Source: an uncultured Chthonomonadaceae bacterium
GTDB lineage: Bacteria > Armatimonadota > Chthonomonadetes > Chthonomonadales > Chthonomonadaceae
Length of the DNA stretch: 37,008 bases
Direction of reading: 5' to 3'
Assembly (NCBI GenBank): GCA_963835065.1
Contig: CAWIEK010000031.1
Span: 1 to 37,008 of the forward strand
Of the stretch, positions 1 to 9,231 are shown one piece after another; the stretch's first letter is position 1, and every line of letters starts with the position of its first letter. A program made the position numbers and the translations under genes. Below the pieces are notes generated by a model, which made no database searches, was not told the origin of the DNA, and worked only from the letters and a program-made list of their open reading frames with translations.

Positions 1-30
1 CAAAGGAGAGGGGAATGGCGATAGATTCAT

Positions 31-59
31 TTGACTCCGGTTTGCCCACAAGGGATAAT
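31..59 (+). promoter_or_regulatory. sigma70-type promoter of hflX (TTGACT-N17-GATAAT), probably leaderless
   Basis: TTGACT at 31-36, a 17-nt spacer, GATAAT at 54-59. The ATG at 65 lies at the expected start-site distance and has no SD sequence. Confidence 0.5.
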
Positions 60-64
60 ATACT

Positions 65-1333
65 ATGACTAAACAACCTATGATTGAGATGAATGATACG
101 GAGCGCGCCGTGCTGGTTTCTGTGGAACCGGATACGGAACTGCGCCCTTATGCGATTGAAGAATTGACCGCGCTGACCGAAACGGCGGGTGCGGTTGTCG
201 TCGGCGAGTTTCACCAGAACCGCTCCCACCCGGATGCCGCGTATTTCATCGGGTCGGGCAAAACGCAGGAGTTGTTCGCGGGCGTTCAGGATATGGGCGC
301 GAACCTGGTGATCGTGGACAGCGAACTGACGTCCGTGCAGGCGCGGAACCTGGAAGAAGCCGTGAAGGTGCGCGTGATTGACCGGACGCAGCTGATTCTC
401 GACATCTTTGCGCAGCGGGCGCAAACGCGGGAAGGTAAATTGCAGGTCAGCCTGGCGCAATTGACCTATTTGTTGCCGCGCCTGGGCAATCTGTATACCA
501 AGTTTGAGCGGCAGCAGGGTGGTATCGGCGTGCGCGGCGGGCAGGGTGAAACCAAACTGGAAACAGACCGACGCAAAGTGCGCGATATGATCAAAAACCT
601 GGAAGGCCAGCTTGCCGAAGTGCGCAGTACGCGGACGCAGCAGCGTTTGCACCGCAAGCGCCTGCCGTTCCCGACGGCAGCGCTTGTGGGCTATACCAGC
701 GCGGGCAAGTCCACGCTGATGAACACGCTTTCCGGGGCGCATGTTCTGGCCGATCCCAAGCTGTTCGCCACGCTGGACCCGACCACGCGCCGAGTCGTTT
801 TGCCTGACGGCTGGGCCATGCTGCTGACGGACACGGTAGGCTTTATTCGCAACCTGCCCACCAACCTTGTCGCCGCGTTCCGGGCGACACTGGAAGAGAC
901 GATTGAAGCGGACTTTCTGATTCATGTGGTGGATGCCGCGCACCCGCACCGCGATGTGCAGATGCAGGCCGTGCAGGAGGTTTTGGAGGAACTCGGCGCG
1001 GCGGACAAGCCCATGCTGACCGTATTCAATAAATCCGATCTGGTGGAAGATCAGTACAGCCTGCGCGAGCTGGTTTCCAACACGCCCAATTCGGTGTACA
1101 TTTCGGCACTGACCGCTGAAGGCATGCCGCAGTTGATGGACAAGGTGGTGCAGACATTGGAAAGCCTGCTCGTGTCCGTGACGCTGCGGGTTCCGTATGA
1201 CCGCAGTGACGTGGTGGCGCAGTGCTACGAGTACGGGCGCGTCCTCAAAGCCGATTACCGCGAGGACGGCATTTACGTAGACGCCCGCATCACGCACTAT
1301 CTGGCTGGCCGGGTGTATCCTTACTGCGTTTGA
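65..1333 (+). CDS. hflX: GTPase HflX (ribosome-splitting factor)
   Basis: Motifs LILDIFAQRAQTREGKLQV, GETKLETDRR, G1 GYTSAGKS, G2 LFATLDPTTR, G3 DTVGFI, G4 NKSD. Confidence 0.97.
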   Translation: MTKQPMIEMNDTERAVLVSVEPDTELRPYAIEELTALTETAGAVVVGEFHQNRSHPDAAYFIGSGKTQELFAGVQDMGANLVIVDSELTSVQARNLEEAVKVRVIDRTQLILDIFAQRAQTREGKLQVSLAQLTYLLPRLGNLYTKFERQQGGIGVRGGQGETKLETDRRKVRDMIKNLEGQLAEVRSTRTQQRLHRKRLPFPTAALVGYTSAGKSTLMNTLSGAHVLADPKLFATLDPTTRRVVLPDGWAMLLTDTVGFIRNLPTNLVAAFRATLEETIEADFLIHVVDAAHPHRDVQMQAVQEVLEELGAADKPMLTVFNKSDLVEDQYSLRELVSNTPNSVYISALTAEGMPQLMDKVVQTLESLLVSVTLRVPYDRSDVVAQCYEYGRVLKADYREDGIYVDARITHYLAGRVYPYCV

Positions 1334-1335
1334 GT

Positions 1336-1437
1336 TTTCACCACCCGCTGCGCTAGAGGCACAGAGACACAGAGGCTTCACAGAGAAAAGGAGAAGAGGA
1401 GAGATGGAAACCGCGAAACACACGAAATAAACGAAAA
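1336..1437. repeat. 9-mer-periodic intergenic repeats (CACAGAGA/CACAGAGG and CGCGAAA/CACGAAA types)
   Basis: ttttcaccac...gcacagagacacagaggcttcacagag followed by aaccgcgaaacacacgaaataaacgaaa. Related units occur at 5969, 6116 and 10516. Confidence 0.7.
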
Positions 1438-1471
1438 GGAAATGCGAAAAGAAGAAAAGGAAAAGACGGGG

Positions 1472-1916
1472 ATGGAACCGAAACAGGCGGGCAAGCGAAT
1501 CGTGAGCAAGGGCGCTTATGTTCAAGCGCAGGCCAGGCGGCTTACTCTGGCGGTGTCCGCGCTATTTCTGCTGCATTTGACGGGACTGTTTATTCTTTTG
1601 GCGGTGATAGGAGTGTTGTGGGGCTTCCTGTGGAACCGCGTTACAGCGATTGCATTGGCCCCGTGTTTTGCCGTAGCCGCTTATGTCTCCAGCTTAGGGT
1701 TGCGTTTTTCACTCGCAGCAGCTTGTCGCATAAACCCCGGTGTTCCGCTTACGCGCGTCAAGAACCGCTGATTTGCCCACCCCCGACACTCTGGTACGCG
1801 CCAGCAGTGAACCGGCGCATCTCCAGGAAACCGTGCTGCTCCGCGCCGCTAAGGAAGGACTTGCGACGCCGCCGGAGCAGCTTGTACGCGCCATTTCAGA
1901 AACGGAACAGGATTGA
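1472..1916 (+). CDS. two-TM membrane protein, paralog of 1929..2474, with a +1 frameshift near 1762
   Basis: Shares VSKGAYVQAQ and PGVP(L/F)TR with the next gene. After removing one base at gtcaagaacc it continues TADLPTPDTLVRASSEP...LLRA...EQLVRA to TGA 1914-1916, matching the paralog C-terminus. An alternative start exists at 1442. Confidence 0.75.
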
Positions 1917-1928
1917 GGAGTCACCATT

Positions 1929-2474
1929 ATGCAGACGCTTCACGAGCAGGAGCCGCCAAAAACAGTTCTGCGGCCTGAAGTTCAGACGCTGCACCCTGAA
2001 CAAACGGCAACAATTGAACGCCGAACCCTTCCAAAATCAAAGAACAAGCGTCTCGTAAGCAAGGGCGCTTATGTTCAAGCGCAAACGGATCGGGCGTTTA
2101 TGGGAATTGTGGGCGTGGGATTATGGGCAGCGATGGCTTTGGTGGCCTTGCTGATTGTCGGTTGTTCCGTTATCTTCTGCCTTTTGCTGGCGGATAAATC
2201 TTTTCTCGTGGCGGGCGGATGCCTGCTTGCTATCATCGGTTTGGCGCTGCTGGCTCGTATGTGTGGACGCATGGGACTGGAAGCGATGCAGGAGGTGAAC
2301 GCGATTGACCCCGGCGTTCCCTTCACTCGCGCCAATACCGCCGATTTGCCTGCTCCTGACACGCTGGTACGCGCCAGCGCCGAGCCAATAGAGACACAAG
2401 CGACGGTACTGCTTCGCGCCGTAACAGCAGGGCAGGAGAAGGATGAAGAGCAGCTTTTAAGGGCGTCAGAATGA
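1929..2474 (+). CDS. hypothetical two-TM membrane protein
   Basis: GAGGAG SD before the ATG, two hydrophobic helices, and the C-terminal motif NTADLPAPDTLVRAS...LLRA shared with the upstream paralog. Confidence 0.85.
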   Translation: MQTLHEQEPPKTVLRPEVQTLHPEQTATIERRTLPKSKNKRLVSKGAYVQAQTDRAFMGIVGVGLWAAMALVALLIVGCSVIFCLLLADKSFLVAGGCLLAIIGLALLARMCGRMGLEAMQEVNAIDPGVPFTRANTADLPAPDTLVRASAEPIETQATVLLRAVTAGQEKDEEQLLRASE

Positions 2475-2649
2475 CAGGATGAGCAACAGAATGAGAACAC
2501 AGCTAATGATTTTATTGCGGCACTGGTAAGAGAAAAGAGGACTTCACTATTTGCGCGTTGAACGTTAGAAGTGAACTGGCGAGGTCGTTGCGCTGCAACC
2601 CTGCTGAGACGTGTTCTCGCAGCCAGAATTGAGTGATGAGGATACCAAT

Positions 2650-3064
2650 ATGCCTGAAACCTTAGACGCGCAGCAAGCATTTGAACCATTACTGAATGTA
2701 CCTTCCAATAACATTTCGGCAGATAGCGAGCCGAAGATTGATAGCGCTGTTCTGCCGTTACTTCAGCAATCGCAAACCTCTCGTTGACCACCTGATGAAC
2801 CTGATAACGCGCGAGCGATTGCGCTATAATATCCCTCCACATCTGATGGAAATCAAGCTGCATGTAGATTCCGAAACCGGTCAAAAACTCATTCACATCA
2901 AGCAAACCGTTGTGACTGACGCAAAGACGGCTCTGGAGTATTGGGATAAAGTCAGCGCGCCCGTTGATCAATGGATAAGCACACTTCCGGAAAATCAGGC
3001 AGACATAGTGCGCGATGAGATACACTTGACGATCCACTGGAAACCCAATGTTTCAGGCCAATGA
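2650..3064 (+). CDS. hypothetical protein, probably frameshifted near 2775
   Basis: GAGGA SD and ATG 2650 (MPETLDAQQAF...LPLLQQSQ). Removing one A from tcgcaaacct joins it to the 2696..3064 frame (PLVDHLMNL...ALEYWDKV...IHWK). Confidence 0.55.
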
Positions 3065-3158
3065 TGCCGATGCGCTTCTTGCTATCGCTAATTGGGAGGT
3101 TGTAAGCGCTAAATCTGCTTCCCTCGTCGCCACCTTCAAGCGCTGGTAAATACACATT

Positions 3159-3665
3159 ATGTTCAAGCCCTTCCCAAAAATGCAGCAAACCCGGCGCGTA
3201 TCGGAATTAGCCCGATCCGTTCTGTCCTGCACCCTGCTGCTCGGTATGGGAATGCTTCCTACTGCCGGTATGGGGCAGGGCAGAGCGCATAACAGGTCTG
3301 CGCGCTCGATTGCCTCCTCACATAATTTGTCGCGCCTTACCGGAACCTACACGCGCATCAAGCGCCGCAAGGATGAAAATCAAAGCGCGACGCTCGACAT
3401 CAAGCAGATTGGCGACAGCAGAATCAAGTTTGACCTGACGGCGCTGTGGTGGGTGGTGAGCAGTAGAAATTCGCCGCACAATGGAGAGATTACAGCGACC
3501 ATCGCGCTGCGCAATCAAGTCGCTGTTTACAAGGCTGGCGACTATCGCCTGACGATGCAATTTCGTGGACACAGGGTTGTGCTGACGGAACGGGGCAGCA
3601 ATCCTGAATTCGGCGTGAATGTCAGCGCGGCAGGAACGTATCGGCGCACAGGACGAGACAGATAA
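3159..3665 (+). CDS. hypothetical secreted protein
   Basis: Signal-peptide-like N-terminus (SVLSCTLLLGMGMLPTAGMG) followed by a small beta-rich domain ending GVNVSAAGTYRR. The start could be 3180. Confidence 0.7.
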   Translation: MFKPFPKMQQTRRVSELARSVLSCTLLLGMGMLPTAGMGQGRAHNRSARSIASSHNLSRLTGTYTRIKRRKDENQSATLDIKQIGDSRIKFDLTALWWVVSSRNSPHNGEITATIALRNQVAVYKAGDYRLTMQFRGHRVVLTERGSNPEFGVNVSAAGTYRRTGRDR

Positions 3666-3695
3666 AGCCGGAGCGTAAAAATCGCGCGTAAAAAC

Positions 3696-4739
3696 CTATG
3701 CACTCAGGCGTCGCCAATCGCTGATGTGTTCGCGCGCCGTTTCTGCGCTGATTTCTCCCGTTTGGAAGGCGGCGAGAACAGCGGCGTCTATCGTCTGCAT
3801 CCCGTGTTCATGCCCCGCTTCCATTGCCAGCGTAAAGTCGGTTTGCCCCTCGTGGAGCATCTGCCGGACGCGGGGCGTGTTGAGCAGAATCTCTACAATG
3901 GGGATACGCCCCCCTTCGGCGCGGCGAAGCAAGCGCTGCGCGACCACGCCAATCAGCGTTTGCGCCAGCAATTGCCGAATGGTATTGCCCTGCGCGCCGA
4001 ACACATCTATGAGCCGTCCAATCGCTGCCGACGCGCTGCCGACGCCCATTACAGCCATCACCGTATGCCCCGTTTCCGCAAGCGTGAGCGCAAGCTGCAC
4101 GGCTTCCAGACTGCGCAGTTCGCTGACATACACAATGTCTACGTCGGCATCCCCGGCGGACTGTAACCCCGCCTCGAAACCGGCCACATCGCGCCCGATC
4201 TGGCGCTGCGTAATCAACGCCTGCCTGCTTGTCATCTCGTACCCGATGGGGGCTTCCAGCGTCCAGATACGCGCCCCGATTTCGGCATTGACGCTTTCCA
4301 ATAAGGACGCGCACAGCGTTTGCTTGCCGCTCCCCGTTTCGCCCGTCACGAGCAGCAGGCCGCGCGGCTTGCAAATCAGCGCATTCAGCGTTGTCAGGAC
4401 TGCGGGAGAATAGCGCAAAATGTCGAGTGGCGGAACATGGTTCGGGATGATGCGAATCGAAAGCGCTGGCTTGCCGTCGCTTTGCAGGACGCGGCATTGA
4501 AACAAGCGCCCCGCATGGCGACAGGGAACGCTGACATCCTGCCCCTGCTCCAACCGCTCCCGCTGTGTTTCGTTTAACAGCGTTTCCACAAACACTTGCA
4601 GTTCCTCGGCCTGTGCTTCTGTGCCGTCCGCCCGTACCAGCGCGCCCTCCACGCGAAACACCGGCGGCTGCCCTGCCACCAGATGCAAATCAGACGCATT
4701 GCGTTCGATTATCTCTTCCAAAAGCGCGTATGCTTCCAC
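3696..4739 (-). CDS. PilT/PilU-family (type IV pilus retraction ATPase-like) protein with degenerate motifs
   Basis: Motifs ASDLHLVAGQPPVFRVEG, Walker A-like GETGSGKQT, AETGH, IGVVAQRL and GMQT. A GTG at 4739 follows an AGGAG SD and is in frame with ORF 3696..4871. Confidence 0.88.
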   Translation of the reverse strand: MEAYALLEEIIERNASDLHLVAGQPPVFRVEGALVRADGTEAQAEELQVFVETLLNETQRERLEQGQDVSVPCRHAGRLFQCRVLQSDGKPALSIRIIPNHVPPLDILRYSPAVLTTLNALICKPRGLLLVTGETGSGKQTLCASLLESVNAEIGARIWTLEAPIGYEMTSRQALITQRQIGRDVAGFEAGLQSAGDADVDIVYVSELRSLEAVQLALTLAETGHTVMAVMGVGSASAAIGRLIDVFGAQGNTIRQLLAQTLIGVVAQRLLRRAEGGRIPIVEILLNTPRVRQMLHEGQTDFTLAMEAGHEHGMQTIDAAVLAAFQTGEISAETAREHISDWRRLSA

Positions 4740-4861
4740 AGTCTTCTCCTTTGCGTACTTAGAACCACTACCAATAGGCCGGGGATTAAAAATCCCCGGC
4801 AGGAAAGTGCAAGCGTCCTGCGGACGCAAATGCAACACCTGTTGGGACAGGCTCTTAGTTT

Positions 4862-4904
4862 CGTCTACCATCTACTGTCTACCGTCTACCGTCTTCTGTC
4901 TTCT
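4862..4904. repeat. heptamer tandem repeats (TCTACCG/TCTACTG/TCTTCTG)
   Basis: cgtctaccatctactgtctaccgtctaccgtcttctgtcttct between the anti-sigma and PilT-like genes. Confidence 0.8.
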
Positions 4905-4907
4905 TCC

Positions 4908-5351
4908 TTACAGTAGCGAACGCAGATTTGTAGACTGGCTGAGTGGCTGCGTTCCCGGCATCAGCGCGTCGAAACGGCTGCTTTTCTGTTGTGGCGACAT
5001 GGCTGCTTGTCGCCGCAGGTCGCGGACTTCCCGTTGCAGCGCATGTACCATTTGCCGCATTTGTTCCAATTCCTGACGCAAGGCCGCGCTTTCTTCCGCC
5101 TGGATTTGCAGTTGAACGTTTTGCCACAGGGTTGTGTCGTTTTGCGCTCCTTCCAGAATTTCTCTCTCCAGAATTTCTCTCTGCGCGGCTTCTTCGGTGT
5201 GAAACATCTGCTGCATGTCCCGGTAGGAGTTTACAACCCTGCCGCACTCGCCACAACCGGCAACATGCGCTTCCACTTCCCGGCTTGTTTCCCGCGCCAA
5301 CTCGCCGTCCAGCCATGCCGCCAGCAACGGGCGCATTTCTTCGCAACTCAT
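4908..5351 (-). CDS. zinc-binding anti-sigma factor (zf-HC2/ZAS) with a coiled-coil C-terminus
   Basis: MSCEE...LDGEL...HVAGCGEC (HxxxCxxC), directly downstream of the ECF sigma gene. No TM helix. A 15-bp tandem duplication at 5153-5182 gives REILE twice. Confidence 0.9.
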   Translation of the reverse strand: MSCEEMRPLLAAWLDGELARETSREVEAHVAGCGECGRVVNSYRDMQQMFHTEEAAQREILEREILEGAQNDTTLWQNVQLQIQAEESAALRQELEQMRQMVHALQREVRDLRRQAAMSPQQKSSRFDALMPGTQPLSQSTNLRSLL

Positions 5352-5354
5352 ACT

Positions 5355-5906
5355 CTACTCCTCATTCCAGCGGTACAGGCGGCGGCGCAGGGTTTCCAGC
5401 GCCAATGCTTTGCGGGAAGCGACCGTTCCCAACGGACACTCCAGCACGTCCGCGATCTCTTTGTACGACAAGCCTTCGCAGCAGCTTAACACGAACACAA
5501 GCCGCTGCAATTCCGGCAGGGTTGCCACAGCCGTTTGTATGTCTTGAAGCAGAATTTGTCCTTCGGCCTGACGCGCTATATCCGGTGAGCGGTTTGCTTC
5601 CACGTCGCGTCCTTGTTCCTGCCGCGCGTCCAGCGAGTCACAGGCGGCGTGGGCGCGAACATAATCCAGACAGGCATGATGCGCAATGCGCAGCAGGTAC
5701 GCGCGGAATTTGCCTTCGGCGCGGTATTGCCGCCGCGCCCGCCACACGCGCGCAAAGGTTTCCTGCGCGGCATCCTGCGCGGCTTCGTGGTCACGGAGCA
5801 GATGGCCGGCAAACCGGGTCACGTCCGCCTGATACTTTTTCACCAGCCGCCCGAACGCCCTGCTGTCCCCGTCTGCGGCCTGCCGCATCAGCACATCCTC
5901 CTCCAT
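5355..5906 (-). CDS. ECF (group 4) RNA polymerase sigma factor
   Basis: Region 2 DAAQETFARVW...FRAYLLRIA and region 4 LPELQRLVFVL...GLSYKEIADVLECPLGTVASR. GGAGG SD. Confidence 0.95.
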   Translation of the reverse strand: MEEDVLMRQAADGDSRAFGRLVKKYQADVTRFAGHLLRDHEAAQDAAQETFARVWRARRQYRAEGKFRAYLLRIAHHACLDYVRAHAACDSLDARQEQGRDVEANRSPDIARQAEGQILLQDIQTAVATLPELQRLVFVLSCCEGLSYKEIADVLECPLGTVASRKALALETLRRRLYRWNEE

Positions 5907-5968
5907 GCCGCCTCCCTTCTCATCCTCTGTGATTTTGGTACTGCCGCAGCACAGACGTCAGTAAGAAA

Positions 5969-5999
5969 TAGCCGCGAATGAACGCGAATGAACGCAAAT
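5969..5999. repeat. 9-mer tandem repeat (CGCGAATGA type)
   Basis: tagccgcgaatgaacgcgaatgaacgcaaat. The first 21 nt are identical to 10516-10536. Confidence 0.8.
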
Positions 6000-6065
6000 A
6001 CAGGGAACGCCGACACGATGAACACCCTTCCATACAAAGAACGCCAATTGCAGCCGTTTGATTCA
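5998..6065 (-). promoter_or_regulatory. two tandem ECF-type promoter candidates upstream of the ECF sigma gene
   Basis: Minus strand TGAATC-N16-CGTTCTTTGTAT and GGAAGG-N16-CGTTCCCTGTAT. On the plus strand these include a 14-nt direct repeat (ATACAGGGAACGCC at 5998, ATACAAAGAACGCC at 6032). Confidence 0.45.
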
Positions 6066-6115
6066 GCCTATTTTTCCCAATACCGCATGACGACATATTA
6101 AGGTAACAGTACACC

Positions 6116-6263
6116 AACTTTTCACCACCAAGCCACTAAGAACACCAAGCAGAACGAGAAGAACAAGAAGAAATTGCAGGAGAGAACGAACCTGTCTTCA
6201 ATTCTGCGTCTTTTGGTCGCCAATTTTCTCTTGGTGTTCTTGGCGTCTTGGTGGTGAAAAGTT
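6116..6263. repeat. MITE/REPIN-like element with 34-bp imperfect terminal inverted repeats
   Basis: aacttttcaccaccaagccactaagaacaccaag (6116-6149) versus cttggtgttcttggcgtcttggtggtgaaaagtt (6230-6263), 3 mismatches. The arms are built of 9-mer units. Confidence 0.75.
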
Positions 6264-6528
6264 ATCGGGACGCGCAAGTTTTTTCGCGCGAATAAGGAAA
6301 AACGACAGGGCGCGTCGAATACTATCCTTGCCACACGCAAACCCCTGAAGTTGAACGAGGTTTGATGCTACCTGCGATACACTCCAGCCTGACGACGAGA
6401 AACTTTGTCCACAGGATACTGAGCCAACAAAACAGTCAAAGCCAGCCGGTCATTACGATGTGGCCTGCCAATAACGCGCTTGATTGCGCGTAAGCAGTGA
6501 GAGTTACGAGAAAGACGAGGACAGGCGC

Positions 6529-7464
6529 ATGAGGAACGAGGAACGCGAAACGACGCGCGAAGCGGAACACGAAGCGAGTTTTCACAACGGCGGCTCGGCC
6601 ATTCACCAATGTTTGCATACCATGCGGAGCCGGATTACTCTATGGGGCAAACAGTTGGCAGGCCGGGCGGGACAAACAATGGGGTTGTGCGGGGCAGGCG
6701 TGTTGCTGTTGACAGGAAGCGTTACGCCCTCCAACGCCGGCAGCATCGGACTATCGCGGGGCATGTCGGCAGGCGTTCCCGTCATGGTGCTGACGGTTGA
6801 TCTCAATGACCCGAATGTCAAGGTGACGGGCATCATGGCGCAGTATGGGCGGGGACACGCGGAAAAGTTCGCCGATATGATCCACCGCTCGCACCCCACT
6901 GCCGCGTTCACGGGAACCTACTTTTGTGAGCGTTCTTTAATTCCTATCGGGGATATCGTCGTCAACGGCAAATTGGCGCATCGGGGCGGGGTGGGCACGG
7001 CGCTTTGCCTGACGGATGACAACCAGTGCAATTTCGTGCATCCGCCGCACAATTATGCCTGGATGGATTGGAGCCAGTACGATTTCGTCTGCTGCGCCGG
7101 GCCGCGCCTCGTCACCGAAGGCGTCGCGGCAGTGCATCCCGGCCCCGAAGGGTTTCACGACCCGCATCTGCTCGGCTCGGCCACGCGCCTCGCCGTCGGC
7201 TTAACCTCCCACAACAAACTGCTGTTCGTCACTACGCGCAGTCAGGTCCAACTGGGTAAAATGGCGAAGGTCATGAAGCGGCTTGGCTGCGTGGACGCCA
7301 TGAATCTGGACGCGGGCGGTTCCCTCGGCTTTTACGATCACGCCAAAATGCGTATCACGCCCTCGCGCAAACTCACCAACGCCATTCTCGTGTACGATGA
7401 CCGCGAACGCTTCGCTCGCTTCAAGCATCGCCTCGCGCCCGGCGTGGAAATGGCGCGGAAGTAG
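6529..7464 (+). CDS. phosphodiester glycosidase family (NAGPA/DUF2233) exported protein
   Basis: AGPRLV, R-x-AVG (TRLAVG) and AMNLDAGGS motifs, plus a signal-like segment GLCGAGVLLLTGSVTPSNA. The start is uncertain (6529, 6622 or 6679). Confidence 0.85.
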   Translation: MRNEERETTREAEHEASFHNGGSAIHQCLHTMRSRITLWGKQLAGRAGQTMGLCGAGVLLLTGSVTPSNAGSIGLSRGMSAGVPVMVLTVDLNDPNVKVTGIMAQYGRGHAEKFADMIHRSHPTAAFTGTYFCERSLIPIGDIVVNGKLAHRGGVGTALCLTDDNQCNFVHPPHNYAWMDWSQYDFVCCAGPRLVTEGVAAVHPGPEGFHDPHLLGSATRLAVGLTSHNKLLFVTTRSQVQLGKMAKVMKRLGCVDAMNLDAGGSLGFYDHAKMRITPSRKLTNAILVYDDRERFARFKHRLAPGVEMARK

Positions 7465-7472
7465 AGGAAAGG

Positions 7473-7573
7473 GATTAGGCATCAGGCATTAGGCATTAGA
7501 AAAAGCACGGATAGCCGTTTGTTTTGCAGGCCATTGCAGGAATGTACTTGCCTACTCCCTACTCCCTAACCCT
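7473..7573. repeat. heptamer tandem repeats (TTAGGCA and CCTACTC blocks)
   Basis: gattaggcatcaggcattaggcattag and gcctactccctactccctaaccct. Confidence 0.7.
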
Positions 7574-7589
7574 CACCTGGAGTGTCCAA

Positions 7590-8792
<1,203 letters not shown>

Positions 8793-8954
8793 TTAAGCGT
8801 CGAAACGGAGCAGTTCGATTTTTGATACCTGCGGCAGTGGTCATGCCACTTATCGCAAGCGTAAGTTTGCTGAAACCGTCCTTTTTGCCCTTTTTCGCTT
8901 GCAGAATGGAGAAAAATGAAAATTTTTTATGTTTGTGGCGGAAAACGGAACTAT

Positions 8955-8970
8955 TGGCACGTTTCTTGCA
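8955..8970 (+). promoter_or_regulatory. sigma54 (RpoN) -24/-12 promoter
   Basis: TGGCACG-TTTC-TTGCA is an exact match to TGGCACG-N4-TTGCW, with GG-N10-GC spacing. An AT-rich tract lies upstream (8912-8934). Confidence 0.75.
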
Positions 8971-8980
8971 ATAAGGATAT

Positions 8981-9150
8981 TGTGAGGAGAGCGTTCTAAA
9001 ATCGCAGCCCCTTTAAGCGCCGTGCTGCTGGGCCAGGCAACTCTGAGGAAAGGTTCCGGACTTTCTTCCGCCCCGCTCCGCCTATCGGCGCTTATTGAAT
9101 GCAAGGACGGTCAGTGGCGCAGCGTTGCCCTGACCGTCCCTCCTTATTCC
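8981..9150 (+). ncRNA. candidate sigma54-dependent small RNA
   Basis: Lies between the sigma54 promoter and a strong hairpin. Internal stems GAGGAAAG/CTTTCTTC (9045-9068) and CGCC/GGCG (9079-9090). No convincing ORF. Confidence 0.45.
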
Positions 9151-9157
9151 CCTTTTC
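9105..9157 (+). terminator. GC-rich hairpin followed by a pyrimidine tract
   Basis: GGACGGTCAG (9105-9114) and CTGACCGTCC (9130-9139) form a perfect 10-bp stem, followed by ctccttattcccctttt. Confidence 0.55.
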
Positions 9158-9190
9158 CGCCTCCTTTCTTCCTGCCTCACATTCAAGTCA

Positions 9191-9231
9191 CCCAACACCA
9201 GAATACCCGAACACCTGAACACCCAACACCC
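9191..9231. repeat. degenerate octamer tandem repeat (CCGAACAC-like)
   Basis: cccaacac cagaatac ccgaacac ctgaacac ccaacac. Confidence 0.65.

Noticed and set aside
2075..3037. 320-aa minus-strand ORF
   Set aside because: It is an antisense shadow of plus-strand genes that have SD sites and paralog support.
9023..9120. RNase P RNA (GAGGAAAG..TCCGGAC resembles the P4 5' strand)
   Set aside because: The match is imperfect, the 3' ACAGAACCCGGCTTA partner is missing, the unit is far too short, and GAGGAAAG pairs locally instead.
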